64,000 nucleotides of DNA from Candidatus Aminicenantes bacterium. GTDB lineage: Bacteria > Acidobacteriota > Aminicenantia > Aminicenantales > Saccharicenantaceae. Numbering within the stretch: position 1 is the first letter of the stretch; each line of letters starts with the position of its first letter. The position numbers and the translations under genes were made by a program. The stretch covers positions 1,782 to 65,781 of the forward strand of contig CAWEYF010000029.1 of assembly GCA_963813235.1 (NCBI GenBank), in the 5' to 3' direction. The notes beneath the pieces are model-generated. The model had not been told where the DNA came from and did no database searches. It saw only the letters and a program-made list of their open reading frames with translations. Shown one piece after another: positions 1 to 7,116 of this stretch.

Positions 1-499
1 TATTTATGTCATAGAGCTTTGGGCTTAGAACTCCATTTTATTCAGCAACTTTGTATGTCTCTTTCTTTATATATACATTTCGAATAACCTCCCAGCCAGG
101 TGTTGGTATTCTATAGTAGTTTTCCAAGATCTCCTTATGCCGAGATAACACGTACACGACTTCGTCACAATGTGGAAATATTATCCAGTCAAGAATCCCC
201 TCTCTCGTAGCCAAGCGAATAAGAAAATCGACATAATTCTCCGTTTCTGAAGGACGTGGAGATCTGAAGAACTTCTTCGCAAACTTTGAATATTTGCCGA
301 TGCAAGACTCATAGTCTAACAGGATGATAGGGACACCCTTTCTGGCAAGCGTTCTCATCACTCCGAGGCCTAGAATATCGCCTCCGGTGATTATGGCTCC
401 AACCTTGTTCGGCAATTCGGCTCCTTTGTCGATTAAGATCCTACTCTTGGCGCCCCCGTCCCTGGCCGTCAGATTTATTAGGATTCCAGTGGTTTCCAC
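1..499 (-). pseudogene. ATP-grasp enzyme, N-terminal part (COG3919-like), interrupted by in-frame TAA at 38-40; frame stays open to the window edge
   Basis: ORF 38-499 (153 aa) has the GGDILGLGVMRTLARKGVPIILLD N-terminus typical of ATP-grasp ligases. After the TAA the same frame reads NGVLSPKLYDIN, a plausible continuation. The segment is visibly AT-rich compared with the rest of the window. Confidence 0.5.
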
Positions 500-604
500 A
501 TTTGAAGCCAGCTAGGCCTGCGATCTTCTCTGCCGGGTCTCGCATGGCGATCTAGAAGCCGGCACCTCTCGTCGCCACGAGCCGCTTTGCGGCCCAGAAA
601 TCGC

Positions 605-868
605 TCATGTCAACAGTCCCTTTTCCCTCAGCGCCTTATCCCGCTCAGGAATATTCGTGTCAACGTCGGTCATGATACGGGCCAAGGCCGGGAAAGCAGT
701 CTTAGGCTCCCGGCCGAGGGGGAGGACGAGTGCAAGCACGGCCGACCCCAGCAGGAAAGCGCGGTTGAGCGCGAAATTCGTGTCTTACATCAGGAAGAGC
801 CGGAAGAACACGTAGAAGATCGCGAGGCACGCCCCGGACCGGAGAAAATAAATGAAAAGATCGCTCAT
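605..868 (-). pseudogene. BlaR1/MecR1-type (M56) sensor remnant, 87 codons with an in-frame TAA
   Basis: The ATG at 866-868 overlaps the blaI stop (ATGA). The ORF reads MSDLFIYFLRSGACLAIFYVFFRLFLM, then TAA (785-787), then DTNFALNRAFLLGSAVLALVLPL..., which resembles BlaR1 N-terminal TM helices. The frame closes at 605 and no peptidase or sensor domain follows. Confidence 0.55.
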
Positions 869-1245
869 TTTTCCGCCTTTTGCTTTTGGATCTCTTCGCG
901 GAGGGCGGCCAGGATCTCCTCGAGCTCGGCAACGGACAGGTTCCTGTCGCGGGCGAAGAAGGATACCAGCTCCTGGTAGGAATCGTCGAAATAGTTCCTG
1001 ACGAAGCTCTTGAGGAAGGCCTGGGTGTAGTCCTCCTTGGCGACAAGCGGTCGATAGAGATGGGTTTTCCCGAAGGCCTCGTGGCCGATGAAGCCCTTTT
1101 TCTCGAGGATCCGGACGACCGTCGAAACCGTGTTGTAAGCGGGCTTGGGCTCGGGCAGGCGTTCGATGATGTCCTTGACGTATGCCTTCCCGAGCGACCA
1201 GAGGACCTGCATGATCTGCTCTTCGGCGCGGGTGAGTTCTTTCAT
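865..1245 (-). CDS. BlaI/MecI/CopY-family winged-helix transcriptional repressor
   Basis: 126 aa. MKELTRAEEQIMQVLW...AYNTVSTVVRILEKKGFI...YRPLV matches the Penicillinase_R family along its full length. Confidence 0.9.
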   Translation of the reverse strand: MKELTRAEEQIMQVLWSLGKAYVKDIIERLPEPKPAYNTVSTVVRILEKKGFIGHEAFGKTHLYRPLVAKEDYTQAFLKSFVRNYFDDSYQELVSFFARDRNLSVAELEEILAALREEIQKQKAEK

Positions 1246-1260
1246 GGCATCCCTAATATA

Positions 1261-1297
1261 AAACTAATTTGTTAGTTTGTCAACTAATATATTAGTT
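1261..1297. promoter_or_regulatory. Putative BlaI operator array: AACTAA/TTAGTT half-sites at 1262, 1272, 1282 and 1292
   Basis: Three overlapping dyads: AAACTAA-N4-TTAGTTT (1261-1278), TTAGTT-N4-AACTAA (1272-1287), and the perfect 16-bp palindrome AACTAATATATTAGTT (1282-1297). The array lies 16-52 bp upstream of the blaI start in an AT-rich stretch. Confidence 0.5.
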
Positions 1298-1507
1298 AAT
1301 GGTTAATTCATGGTACATTCCCCGATAGAAGGCGATCTAGTCATCAAACACGCCCGAATGAACTGAAGTTGCGTCCCGGGAGATCATGGTCTTCGGGCGG
1401 GCACCCATTGCCGGGATCATCGGGGCTGGCACACAAGTGGCACAAACGACGAGAGCTGAGAGCCTGAGTGATAGCCCTGCAATCAATTAAAGCCGCGCGC
1501 CCGGCTT

Positions 1508-1549
1508 CTCTTAATTTGTGGGTTGTAGGTTCGAGTCCTACGCGGGTCA
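1508..1549 (+). other. 3' fragment of a tRNA-Lys(CUU)-like gene (anticodon loop to discriminator), with no 5' half; candidate att scar
   Basis: CTCTTAA / TTTGT / GGGTT / GTAGG-TTCGAGT-CCTAC / GCGGGTC / A. That is an anticodon loop with CUU, the 3' anticodon stem strand, the variable loop, a complete T arm, the 3' acceptor strand and the discriminator. The partner strands ACAAA and GACCCGC are absent upstream. Confidence 0.55.
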
Positions 1550-1568
1550 CTTCCCCTTCCCACCGGCG

Positions 1569-1595
1569 TTGCCGTTCCCTCTTCTGATGTATAAT
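1569..1595 (+). promoter_or_regulatory. Possible sigma-70 promoter for the ATP-grasp gene (perfect TATAAT at 1590-1595, weak -35 TTGCCG at 1569-1574)
   Basis: Consensus -10 hexamer 15 nt upstream of the ATG at 1610. The -35 is poor and the spacer is 15 nt, so this is motif-level evidence only. Confidence 0.3.
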
Positions 1596-1609
1596 AATCG
1601 ACGAGGATC

Positions 1610-2542
1610 ATGAAGGTCATCGATCTCGCCATTGCCGCCGATTGGGAACACGACCGCGATTTCGCGGCGCTCGTCGAGCGCTCCGCCCTGAAGCTGGGCC
1701 TTTCGACCCTTCAGGTCTGGCCGGCAGACCTTCCGGAGACGCTCAGGGCGCTCGAGGCCGGGGAGGTCGATATCCGCTTTCTCGTCGACCGCGCGGTCGG
1801 GGCGTCCCCGGAGTTCCACGCCCTGCAAAGTGCCGTCCGTGCCCGCGGGGCCGACGTCCTCGACCCCATCGAAAAGGTCCGTTGGGCCTCGGACAAGGCG
1901 ACCATGCACCTGGAATTCATCGCCAACGGCCTGGCGACGCCCTATACCGTCATCCTGCCCTCCTTCGAATCCCGGCCGGACCCGGGCATCTCCGCATCCG
2001 ATCTGGCCCCGCTGGGAAAGCCCTTCTTTATCAAGCCGGCCAACACTACCGGGGGAAGCTTGGGCGTCGTGCCCGGGGCCGCGACGCTCCTTGATGTGGC
2101 CCTGGCCCGCCGGACCTATCCTATGGACAAGTATCTCCTCCAGGAAATGATCGTGCCCCTCGAGGCGGACGGCCGGAGGTTCTGGTTCCGGGGGTTCTTC
2201 GCCCTCGGCCTCGTCGTGTGCGCCTGGTGGGACGACAGGACCCACGCCTATACGGAGCTCCTTGCCGACGAGATCGCCGGACGAGGACTCCACGGGCTCG
2301 ACGGCGTCGTCCGGAGGATCGCCGCGGTCTCGGGAATCCGGTTCTTCTCGACGGAGATCGCCCTGGACGCGCGCGGCCGCTTCATCGTGATCGATTACGT
2401 CAACGAAACCTGCGACATGAGGCTCGGGTCCGTCCACGCCGATGGGGTCCCCGACGCCGTGGTCGGAGCCGTCGCCTCGCGGATCGCCGCCTTTGTCCGC
2501 GACGGCCGGACGGCCGGAACAAGCACCGGAGGCGCGACATGA
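1610..2542 (+). CDS. ATP-grasp fold protein (RimK/glutathione-synthetase-like ligase)
   Basis: 310 aa. ...WASDKATMHLEFIANGLATP...FFIKPANTTGGSLGV...LLQEMI...FFSTEIALDARGRFIVIDYVNETCD is the typical ATP-grasp core. GAGGA RBS. Confidence 0.75.
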   Translation: MKVIDLAIAADWEHDRDFAALVERSALKLGLSTLQVWPADLPETLRALEAGEVDIRFLVDRAVGASPEFHALQSAVRARGADVLDPIEKVRWASDKATMHLEFIANGLATPYTVILPSFESRPDPGISASDLAPLGKPFFIKPANTTGGSLGVVPGAATLLDVALARRTYPMDKYLLQEMIVPLEADGRRFWFRGFFALGLVVCAWWDDRTHAYTELLADEIAGRGLHGLDGVVRRIAAVSGIRFFSTEIALDARGRFIVIDYVNETCDMRLGSVHADGVPDAVVGAVASRIAAFVRDGRTAGTSTGGAT

Positions 2543-2576
2543 CCGGTCGTCGTCGCAAGGAGAGAGAGGGGGAGAC

Positions 2577-2948
2577 ATGAAAGTTCGGGGCTTGCTCATC
2601 GTGGTCATCCTGGCGCTCATCGTCGTCTACGCCGTCTATTTTTCGAAGACGGGGGGAAAGAGCAACCTCAAGGTCATGGTCGATCAATACGCGGAAGCGA
2701 AGATCGACCTGACCAAGGTCAATCTGGCCACCCTCGAGAGGATCATCGTGGAAAGGACCGCGGCCGATGGTCAGGTCCCGGCCGACCTCAAGGCGCTCCA
2801 AAGGCTCCAGCCGATGGCGGCGTCCGTGCTCGACGCGTGGGGCCGGAAGATCCGGTACGAGAAGCTTTCCGACTCGGGCTTCCGGCTGACCTCGGCCGGG
2901 CCCGACGGGGAATACGGGACCGGCGACGATATCGTCAAGGAATATTGA
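2577..2948 (+). CDS. Small membrane-anchored protein with a type II secretion GspG-like C-terminal domain (no prepilin cleavage motif seen)
   Basis: The ATG at 2577 is preceded by GGGGGAG. There is an N-terminal TM helix (LLIVVILALIVVYAV). The C-terminus DAWGRKIRYEKLSDSGFRLTSAGPDGEYGTGDDI resembles the pseudopilin G globular domain. Confidence 0.6.
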   Translation: MKVRGLLIVVILALIVVYAVYFSKTGGKSNLKVMVDQYAEAKIDLTKVNLATLERIIVERTAADGQVPADLKALQRLQPMAASVLDAWGRKIRYEKLSDSGFRLTSAGPDGEYGTGDDIVKEY

Positions 2949-2951
2949 CTT

Positions 2952-2980
2952 TTGACATCGATTTTTTCCTGTGTTATATG
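2952..2980 (+). promoter_or_regulatory. Possible sigma-70 promoter for the NSS transporter (TTGACA-N17-TATATG)
   Basis: Consensus -35 at 2952-2957, a 17-nt spacer, and a -10-like TATATG at 2975-2980, about 55 nt upstream of the ATG at 3036. Confidence 0.35.
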
Positions 2981-3035
2981 TCCTTTTCAGCCGGACCATG
3001 AGGATCCTCGGAACGCCGTTTGATCGGAGGGCAGA

Positions 3036-4721
3036 ATGAACCAAGGACTCTCTCTCTGGGGATGGCTCTCGCTCATCTTCGGTTGGGGCGCCATCCTGGG
3101 CCTGAGCCTTTACTGCATGTCGCGCGTCCTCTTCGGCAAGAAGAGGGCCGCCGACGAGGCCGCGGGCGGTGTGAGCCGCGAACGCTGGGCGACGCGGATC
3201 GGCCTGGTCCTCGCCATGGCCGGCAACGCCATCGGGCTCGGGAACTTCCTCCGGTTTCCCGCGAAGGCTGCGTCGAACGGCGGCGGGGCGTTCCTCATCC
3301 CTTACTTTTGCGCCCTCATCCTGATGGGGGTCCCGATGATGTGGGTCGAGTGGACCATCGGCCGCCACGGCGGCACCCACGGTCACGGATCGACGCCGGG
3401 GATGTTCCACGTCATGTGGAAGCACCGCGCGTCGAAATACATCGGCGCCTTCGGGATCTTCCTGCCGTTCGCCATCGCCGTCTATTACATCTTCATCATG
3501 TCCTGGTGCCTGGGCTATGCGTGGTTCTCGGCGACCGGACGGTATTTCGGCCACGCGAACCAGGAGGCCATGGCCTCTTTCCTCAAAGGATTCCAGGGAG
3601 TCGAGAAGAACGAATATTTCTCGTCCATCATCCCGGTCCTCATATTTCTCGCGATCTGCCTGGCCCTGAACTACATGTTCCTGAGCCGGGGCATTTCTAA
3701 AGGCATCGAGCTCCTGGCCCGGTACGGGATGCCGCTTCTCTTCATCTTCGGGATCGCCCTCGTCGTCCGGGTCCTGACCATCGGGGCACCCGACCCGACG
3801 CACCCGGACTGGAACATCGCCAACGGCATGGGCTTCATCTGGAATCCGGACCTCAGCCGGCTGAGCCAGGGCTCGGTCTGGCTCGTGGCGGCCGGCCAGA
3901 TCTTCTTCACCCTGAGCCTCGGCCAGGGGATGATCCAGACGTACGCCTCCTACGTCCGCGAGAAAGAGGACATCACCCTGAACGGGCTGGCCACATCGTC
4001 GGTCAACGAGTTCGCCGAGGTCATCCTGGGAGGGACGATCGCCATCCCCGTCGCCGTCGCCTTCTTCGGCATCGCCCAGACGACGCTCATCGCCAAGGGC
4101 GGGGCCTTCGACCTCGGGTTCGTCTCCCTGCCCATCATCTTCCAGAAGATCCCGCTCGGCCAGCTCTTCGGGGCCATGTGGTTCCTGCTCCTGTTCATCG
4201 CCGGGATCACGACCTCCGTGGCCTTCCTCCAGCCGCTCATCGCGTTCCTCACGGAGGAGTTCAAGATGACGCGGAAAAGGGCCGTCAACGTGCTTTACAG
4301 CTTCCTCATCGCGTCCATCGCCTTCGTCGTCGCCTTCTTCAAGTTCGGCGTCCTCGACGAGCTCGACTTCTGGGCCGGCACGTTGGGCATCGTCCTCTTC
4401 GGCGCCCTCGAGATCATCGTCTTTTCCTGGGTTTTCGGTATCAAGAAGGGCTGGGCGGAGATGCACAAGGGCGCCGATTTCCGCATCCCCTCCGTATTCA
4501 AGTTCGTCATGAAGTATATCACCCCGGCCTATCTGCTGGTCATCCTGGCCGTATGGACGTATCAGGACGCGATCGGCAAGTTCCTTATGAAGAAGGAGCC
4601 GGCGGAGCGTCACCCGTACCTCTGGGGCGCCCGGGCCCTCTTTGCCGCTATCATCATCGTTTGCTGCGTGATGGTCCACAAGGCCTGGAAGAAGCGAGCC
4701 GCCGCGGCGCCGCAGGCGTAG
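3036..4721 (+). CDS. Sodium-dependent transporter, neurotransmitter:sodium symporter (NSS/SNF) family
   Basis: 561 aa. WATRIGLVLAMAGNAIGLGNFLRFPAKAASNGGGAFLIPYF is the NSS signature, and the protein is polytopic. GGAGGG RBS. Confidence 0.92.
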   Translation: MNQGLSLWGWLSLIFGWGAILGLSLYCMSRVLFGKKRAADEAAGGVSRERWATRIGLVLAMAGNAIGLGNFLRFPAKAASNGGGAFLIPYFCALILMGVPMMWVEWTIGRHGGTHGHGSTPGMFHVMWKHRASKYIGAFGIFLPFAIAVYYIFIMSWCLGYAWFSATGRYFGHANQEAMASFLKGFQGVEKNEYFSSIIPVLIFLAICLALNYMFLSRGISKGIELLARYGMPLLFIFGIALVVRVLTIGAPDPTHPDWNIANGMGFIWNPDLSRLSQGSVWLVAAGQIFFTLSLGQGMIQTYASYVREKEDITLNGLATSSVNEFAEVILGGTIAIPVAVAFFGIAQTTLIAKGGAFDLGFVSLPIIFQKIPLGQLFGAMWFLLLFIAGITTSVAFLQPLIAFLTEEFKMTRKRAVNVLYSFLIASIAFVVAFFKFGVLDELDFWAGTLGIVLFGALEIIVFSWVFGIKKGWAEMHKGADFRIPSVFKFVMKYITPAYLLVILAVWTYQDAIGKFLMKKEPAERHPYLWGARALFAAIIIVCCVMVHKAWKKRAAAAPQA

Positions 4722-4722
4722 G

Positions 4723-5112
4723 TCAATCCGGGCGCGGGCCGCGCCGGAAGAGGCGCCGGAGCCTGTCGAGGAACCCTGTTTTCTGGTCGGCGTCCCCGAT
4801 CTCGAGTTTTTCCACCGTCTGGCGGCACGCCGCTCCGGGGCGGTCCGGCGTCCCTGCGCCAAACGTCTTTTTGTTGTAAGCCCTCCGCAGCTCGTCATCC
4901 CCGAGCGTCCTGAAGGCCAGTTCTATCTTTTCCAGCATGGAACGGCATTCATCCTCGGCAAGGAGCCCGTAGGAGGTCAGGGCCCCCGGTCGATAGGATT
5001 CGACCGCCTTCCGGTAGGCTTCGGCGACCTCCCCGGCCGAGGCGTCCCGGCCGATGTCGAGGACCTCGTAGAGGTCCATGTCGTCGATCTTTTTGAACGG
5101 TGTCGGTTTCAT
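4723..5112 (-). CDS. J-domain-like protein with a degenerate HPD motif (YRPG)
   Basis: 129 aa. DLYEVLDIGRDASAGEVAEAYRKAVESYRPG follows the J-domain helix I-II pattern, but HPD is replaced by RPG. The start overlaps the upstream ATPase stop (ATGA at 5109-5112). Confidence 0.6.
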   Translation of the reverse strand: MKPTPFKKIDDMDLYEVLDIGRDASAGEVAEAYRKAVESYRPGALTSYGLLAEDECRSMLEKIELAFRTLGDDELRRAYNKKTFGAGTPDRPGAACRQTVEKLEIGDADQKTGFLDRLRRLFRRGPRPD

Positions 5113-6029
5113 GACGCGTCCGTGTTGGAGATCTCCGGGGTCAAGGGCGCAGCGTCGAGTGCTTCGGCCATGCCCCGGAGGGCCGCGGCCACGTCGGAGT
5201 CGGGATGGGCGGCCATGAATGGCGTCCGGTCGAAGAGGCTGGCGTGGACGCGGACGTCAAGCGGGACGGCGCCGAGGAAGTCCAGGTCGATGGTCAGGTG
5301 CTTCCGGGTCATGTCGGCGATGGCGCGGCCGAGGACCTCGTCACGTTCGTTCCGGGCCATGTTCATGACAAGATGCGGCCGAAAGGTCCTCAGGGCGCGG
5401 GAGAGGACGTTGGCGAAGCCCGGGTCCTCGTCGACGAGCATCCGGAAGAAGGCGGTGATGGACCGGGAATTTCTCTCGATCTGTTCGAGGAGCCTCCGGT
5501 GAAGTTCGTAGAACCGGTAGTGCTCCATGTAGAGTTTCAGGACGCGCAGGATGCAGGACTTCAGGAAATAATAGCCGTTCTCGATCGCCGTCGGCTCGGG
5601 CGTCAAAACGAGGACCGGCCGCCCGGCCGAAATGAAAAAATCGAGCGCGTTGAAGGCCGTGCCGGGGCCCAGGTCGAGAATGACGTGGTCAGCCCGCAGG
5701 GCCTTGACGTGCCTCATGAGCTTGAGCTTCTTGTAGTGGTTGACGTTGGCGGCGAAGAAGGTGTTCTCCGGCCCGCGGACGATGCCAACCCCGGGGAACG
5801 GAGTGGGCCGGACGGCGTCGTCCAGGGAAGGGATATGGCCGGCGAGGAAGTCTCCGAGGTTGGGATGGGTGTCCCCCGTCCCGAGGAACGTGTGGAGATT
5901 GGGCGCGCCGAGGTCGGCGTCCACCATGACGACCTGGCGGCCTCGGGCGCCGAGAGCGATTCCCAGGCTCGAGGCGACGAAGCTCTTGCCCGTCCCGCCT
6001 TTTCCTCCTCCGACGGCCCAGATGGTCAT
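5109..6029 (-). CDS. MinD/ParA-family P-loop ATPase
   Basis: 306 aa. The deviant Walker A GGGKGGTGKS is followed by VVMVDADLGAPNLH, typical of the MinD/FlhG/ParA superfamily. Confidence 0.85.
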   Translation of the reverse strand: MTIWAVGGGKGGTGKSFVASSLGIALGARGRQVVMVDADLGAPNLHTFLGTGDTHPNLGDFLAGHIPSLDDAVRPTPFPGVGIVRGPENTFFAANVNHYKKLKLMRHVKALRADHVILDLGPGTAFNALDFFISAGRPVLVLTPEPTAIENGYYFLKSCILRVLKLYMEHYRFYELHRRLLEQIERNSRSITAFFRMLVDEDPGFANVLSRALRTFRPHLVMNMARNERDEVLGRAIADMTRKHLTIDLDFLGAVPLDVRVHASLFDRTPFMAAHPDSDVAAALRGMAEALDAAPLTPEISNTDAS

Positions 6030-6070
6030 GATATTGGTCCCAGCGAAAAGGCTAGATTATCATACAACGG

Positions 6071-6101
6071 GGCCGGGCGGAAGGGGGATGTCCGCCCGGC
6101 C
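6071..6101. other. Perfect 11-bp GC-rich hairpin in the divergent intergenic region
   Basis: GGCCGGGCGGA (6071-6081), a 9-nt loop, TCCGCCCGGCC (6091-6101), followed by GGTTTGCGTTTTCGG on the plus strand. Confidence 0.5.
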
Positions 6102-6177
6102 GGTTTGCGTTTTCGGCCCGTTTCTGATATGCTGAATCCCACGATCCGGGAATATCGTCTCAAGGAGAAAGGGTCCG

Positions 6178-6567
6178 TTGAACAGATTCGGGAATGTCGA
6201 CAGCAAGTTCCGTTTTGTCATCCTCGCTTCGAAGAGGGCCAAACAGCTCCTCAAGGGGGCGAAGCCCAAGATCAAGACCAAATCCCGTAACCCCATCCGC
6301 ATCGCCCAGGCCGAGCTCCGGTCGGGCGTCGTCGAATTCGAGATCCTGCCCACGCAGAAAGAGGAATACCAGGAGCAGGAGGACCGCGTGTTCGTCGGCG
6401 AGGGCATTCACGACGAAGCCCTCGACGTCGACGAAGGCCCCGCCGGGAAGGATGACACCGCCGCCGAAGGCGCCGCCGAGGGCGAAGTCGACGAGGAGAC
6501 CGAGGACGAGGCGGCCCACGACGATGAGGATGAGCCCGGGGATTCGGGGGACGAAAAGGACGAGTGA
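6178..6567 (+). CDS. rpoZ: DNA-directed RNA polymerase subunit omega with a long acidic C-terminal tail
   Basis: TTG start 9 nt after AAGGAGAAA. SKFRFVILASKRAKQLLKG is the RpoZ core. The last ~60 residues are D/E-rich. Confidence 0.8.
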   Translation: MNRFGNVDSKFRFVILASKRAKQLLKGAKPKIKTKSRNPIRIAQAELRSGVVEFEILPTQKEEYQEQEDRVFVGEGIHDEALDVDEGPAGKDDTAAEGAAEGEVDEETEDEAAHDDEDEPGDSGDEKDE

Positions 6568-6580
6568 GTCCGGTCCTCGG

Positions 6581-7105
6581 TCATTCTTTCCGGCCGGCCG
6601 CGGCAGCCGTCCGGATCATCTCGACATAATCGCGGCTGATGAAGTCCGCCCTCGAATACCCGAGGGTCCGGGCGAACCTGACGATGTCGCTTCTCCGGCC
6701 CTCGAGCTCGACGTAATCCCCGACCGACGTCTCGTCCAGGCAGATCTTCACCCGGTCCTTCCTCAGCAGGGTTCTATGCTTCCGGTAGCGGAAGACCGGC
6801 CTCAGGCCGAGGGCCTTCAGGACCTTGCGGAAGGCGGCCGGGTCCCGGACCTCGGATTCGAACTCCGGGCGGACCTTGAACGACTTCGCCTTGCGGGGGG
6901 CCCCCTTGAAGGTCAGCCAGGCCCTTTTCCCGATCGTCCTCAACCGGAGGGCTTCGCGTTTCGCGAAAAGCACGTCGCCGCGATAATCGAAGAGCGCGTT
7001 CAGCTCGAGATAGCGGTCGCGCGCGAGGACGCAGCCGAGCCCGAGGAGCCGGTCCTTCATGGCCCGGGCGTCGGGCACCCTGATCTTGGCCTCGGTCTCG
7101 ATCAT
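6581..7105 (-). CDS. CYTH-domain protein (class IV adenylate cyclase / triphosphatase family)
   Basis: 174 aa. MIETEAKIRV...LRLR...LTFKG...E.E is the CYTH ExExK start with an alternating charged beta-barrel pattern. Confidence 0.8.
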   Translation of the reverse strand: MIETEAKIRVPDARAMKDRLLGLGCVLARDRYLELNALFDYRGDVLFAKREALRLRTIGKRAWLTFKGAPRKAKSFKVRPEFESEVRDPAAFRKVLKALGLRPVFRYRKHRTLLRKDRVKICLDETSVGDYVELEGRRSDIVRFARTLGYSRADFISRDYVEMIRTAAAAGRKE

Positions 7106-7116
7106 CGGCCGGCCTC

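Noticed and set aside
38-787. Stop-codon reassignment (TAA read as sense), because two neighbouring genes carry in-frame TAA codons (38-40 and 785-787).
   Set aside because: TAA is used as a normal terminator elsewhere in the window, for example at 12958-12960, 29335-29337, 49928-49930 and 51669-51671. Both affected genes lie in the decayed island, and one of them is also truncated.
547-1340. The 10-bp direct repeat GGCGATCTAG at 547-556 and 1331-1340 flanks the blaI/blaR1-stump module, which could be a target-site duplication.
   Set aside because: There are no terminal inverted repeats inside the repeats and no transposase. Identity stops at exactly 10 bp, and a 10-mer recurrence is not strongly significant. 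I keep it only as a weak note.
1344-1549. Possible tmRNA (ssrA): a T-arm plus acceptor at 1525-1549, and an upstream stretch AAC GAC GAG reminiscent of a tag-peptide start.
   Set aside because: The 3' acceptor strand GCGGGTC cannot give the G3:U70 alanine identity pair. No complementary 5' end exists within 350 nt, since blaI starts at 1245. No reading frame ends in a plausible ...LAA tag. It is better explained as a tRNA-Lys 3' fragment.
2400-4898. Very long alternative-frame or antisense ORFs. Examples are 2400-4898 minus (832 aa), 9801-11276 plus, 23793-25184 minus, 37523-39901 plus (792 aa), 41079-42524 minus, 42148-43617 minus and 59230-61662 plus (810 aa).
   Set aside because: They are typical high-GC artefacts. 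Their composition is Arg/Gly/Pro/Asp/Glu-rich and low in complexity, they have no recognisable domains, and each lies fully within a well-supported conserved gene on the other strand or in another frame.
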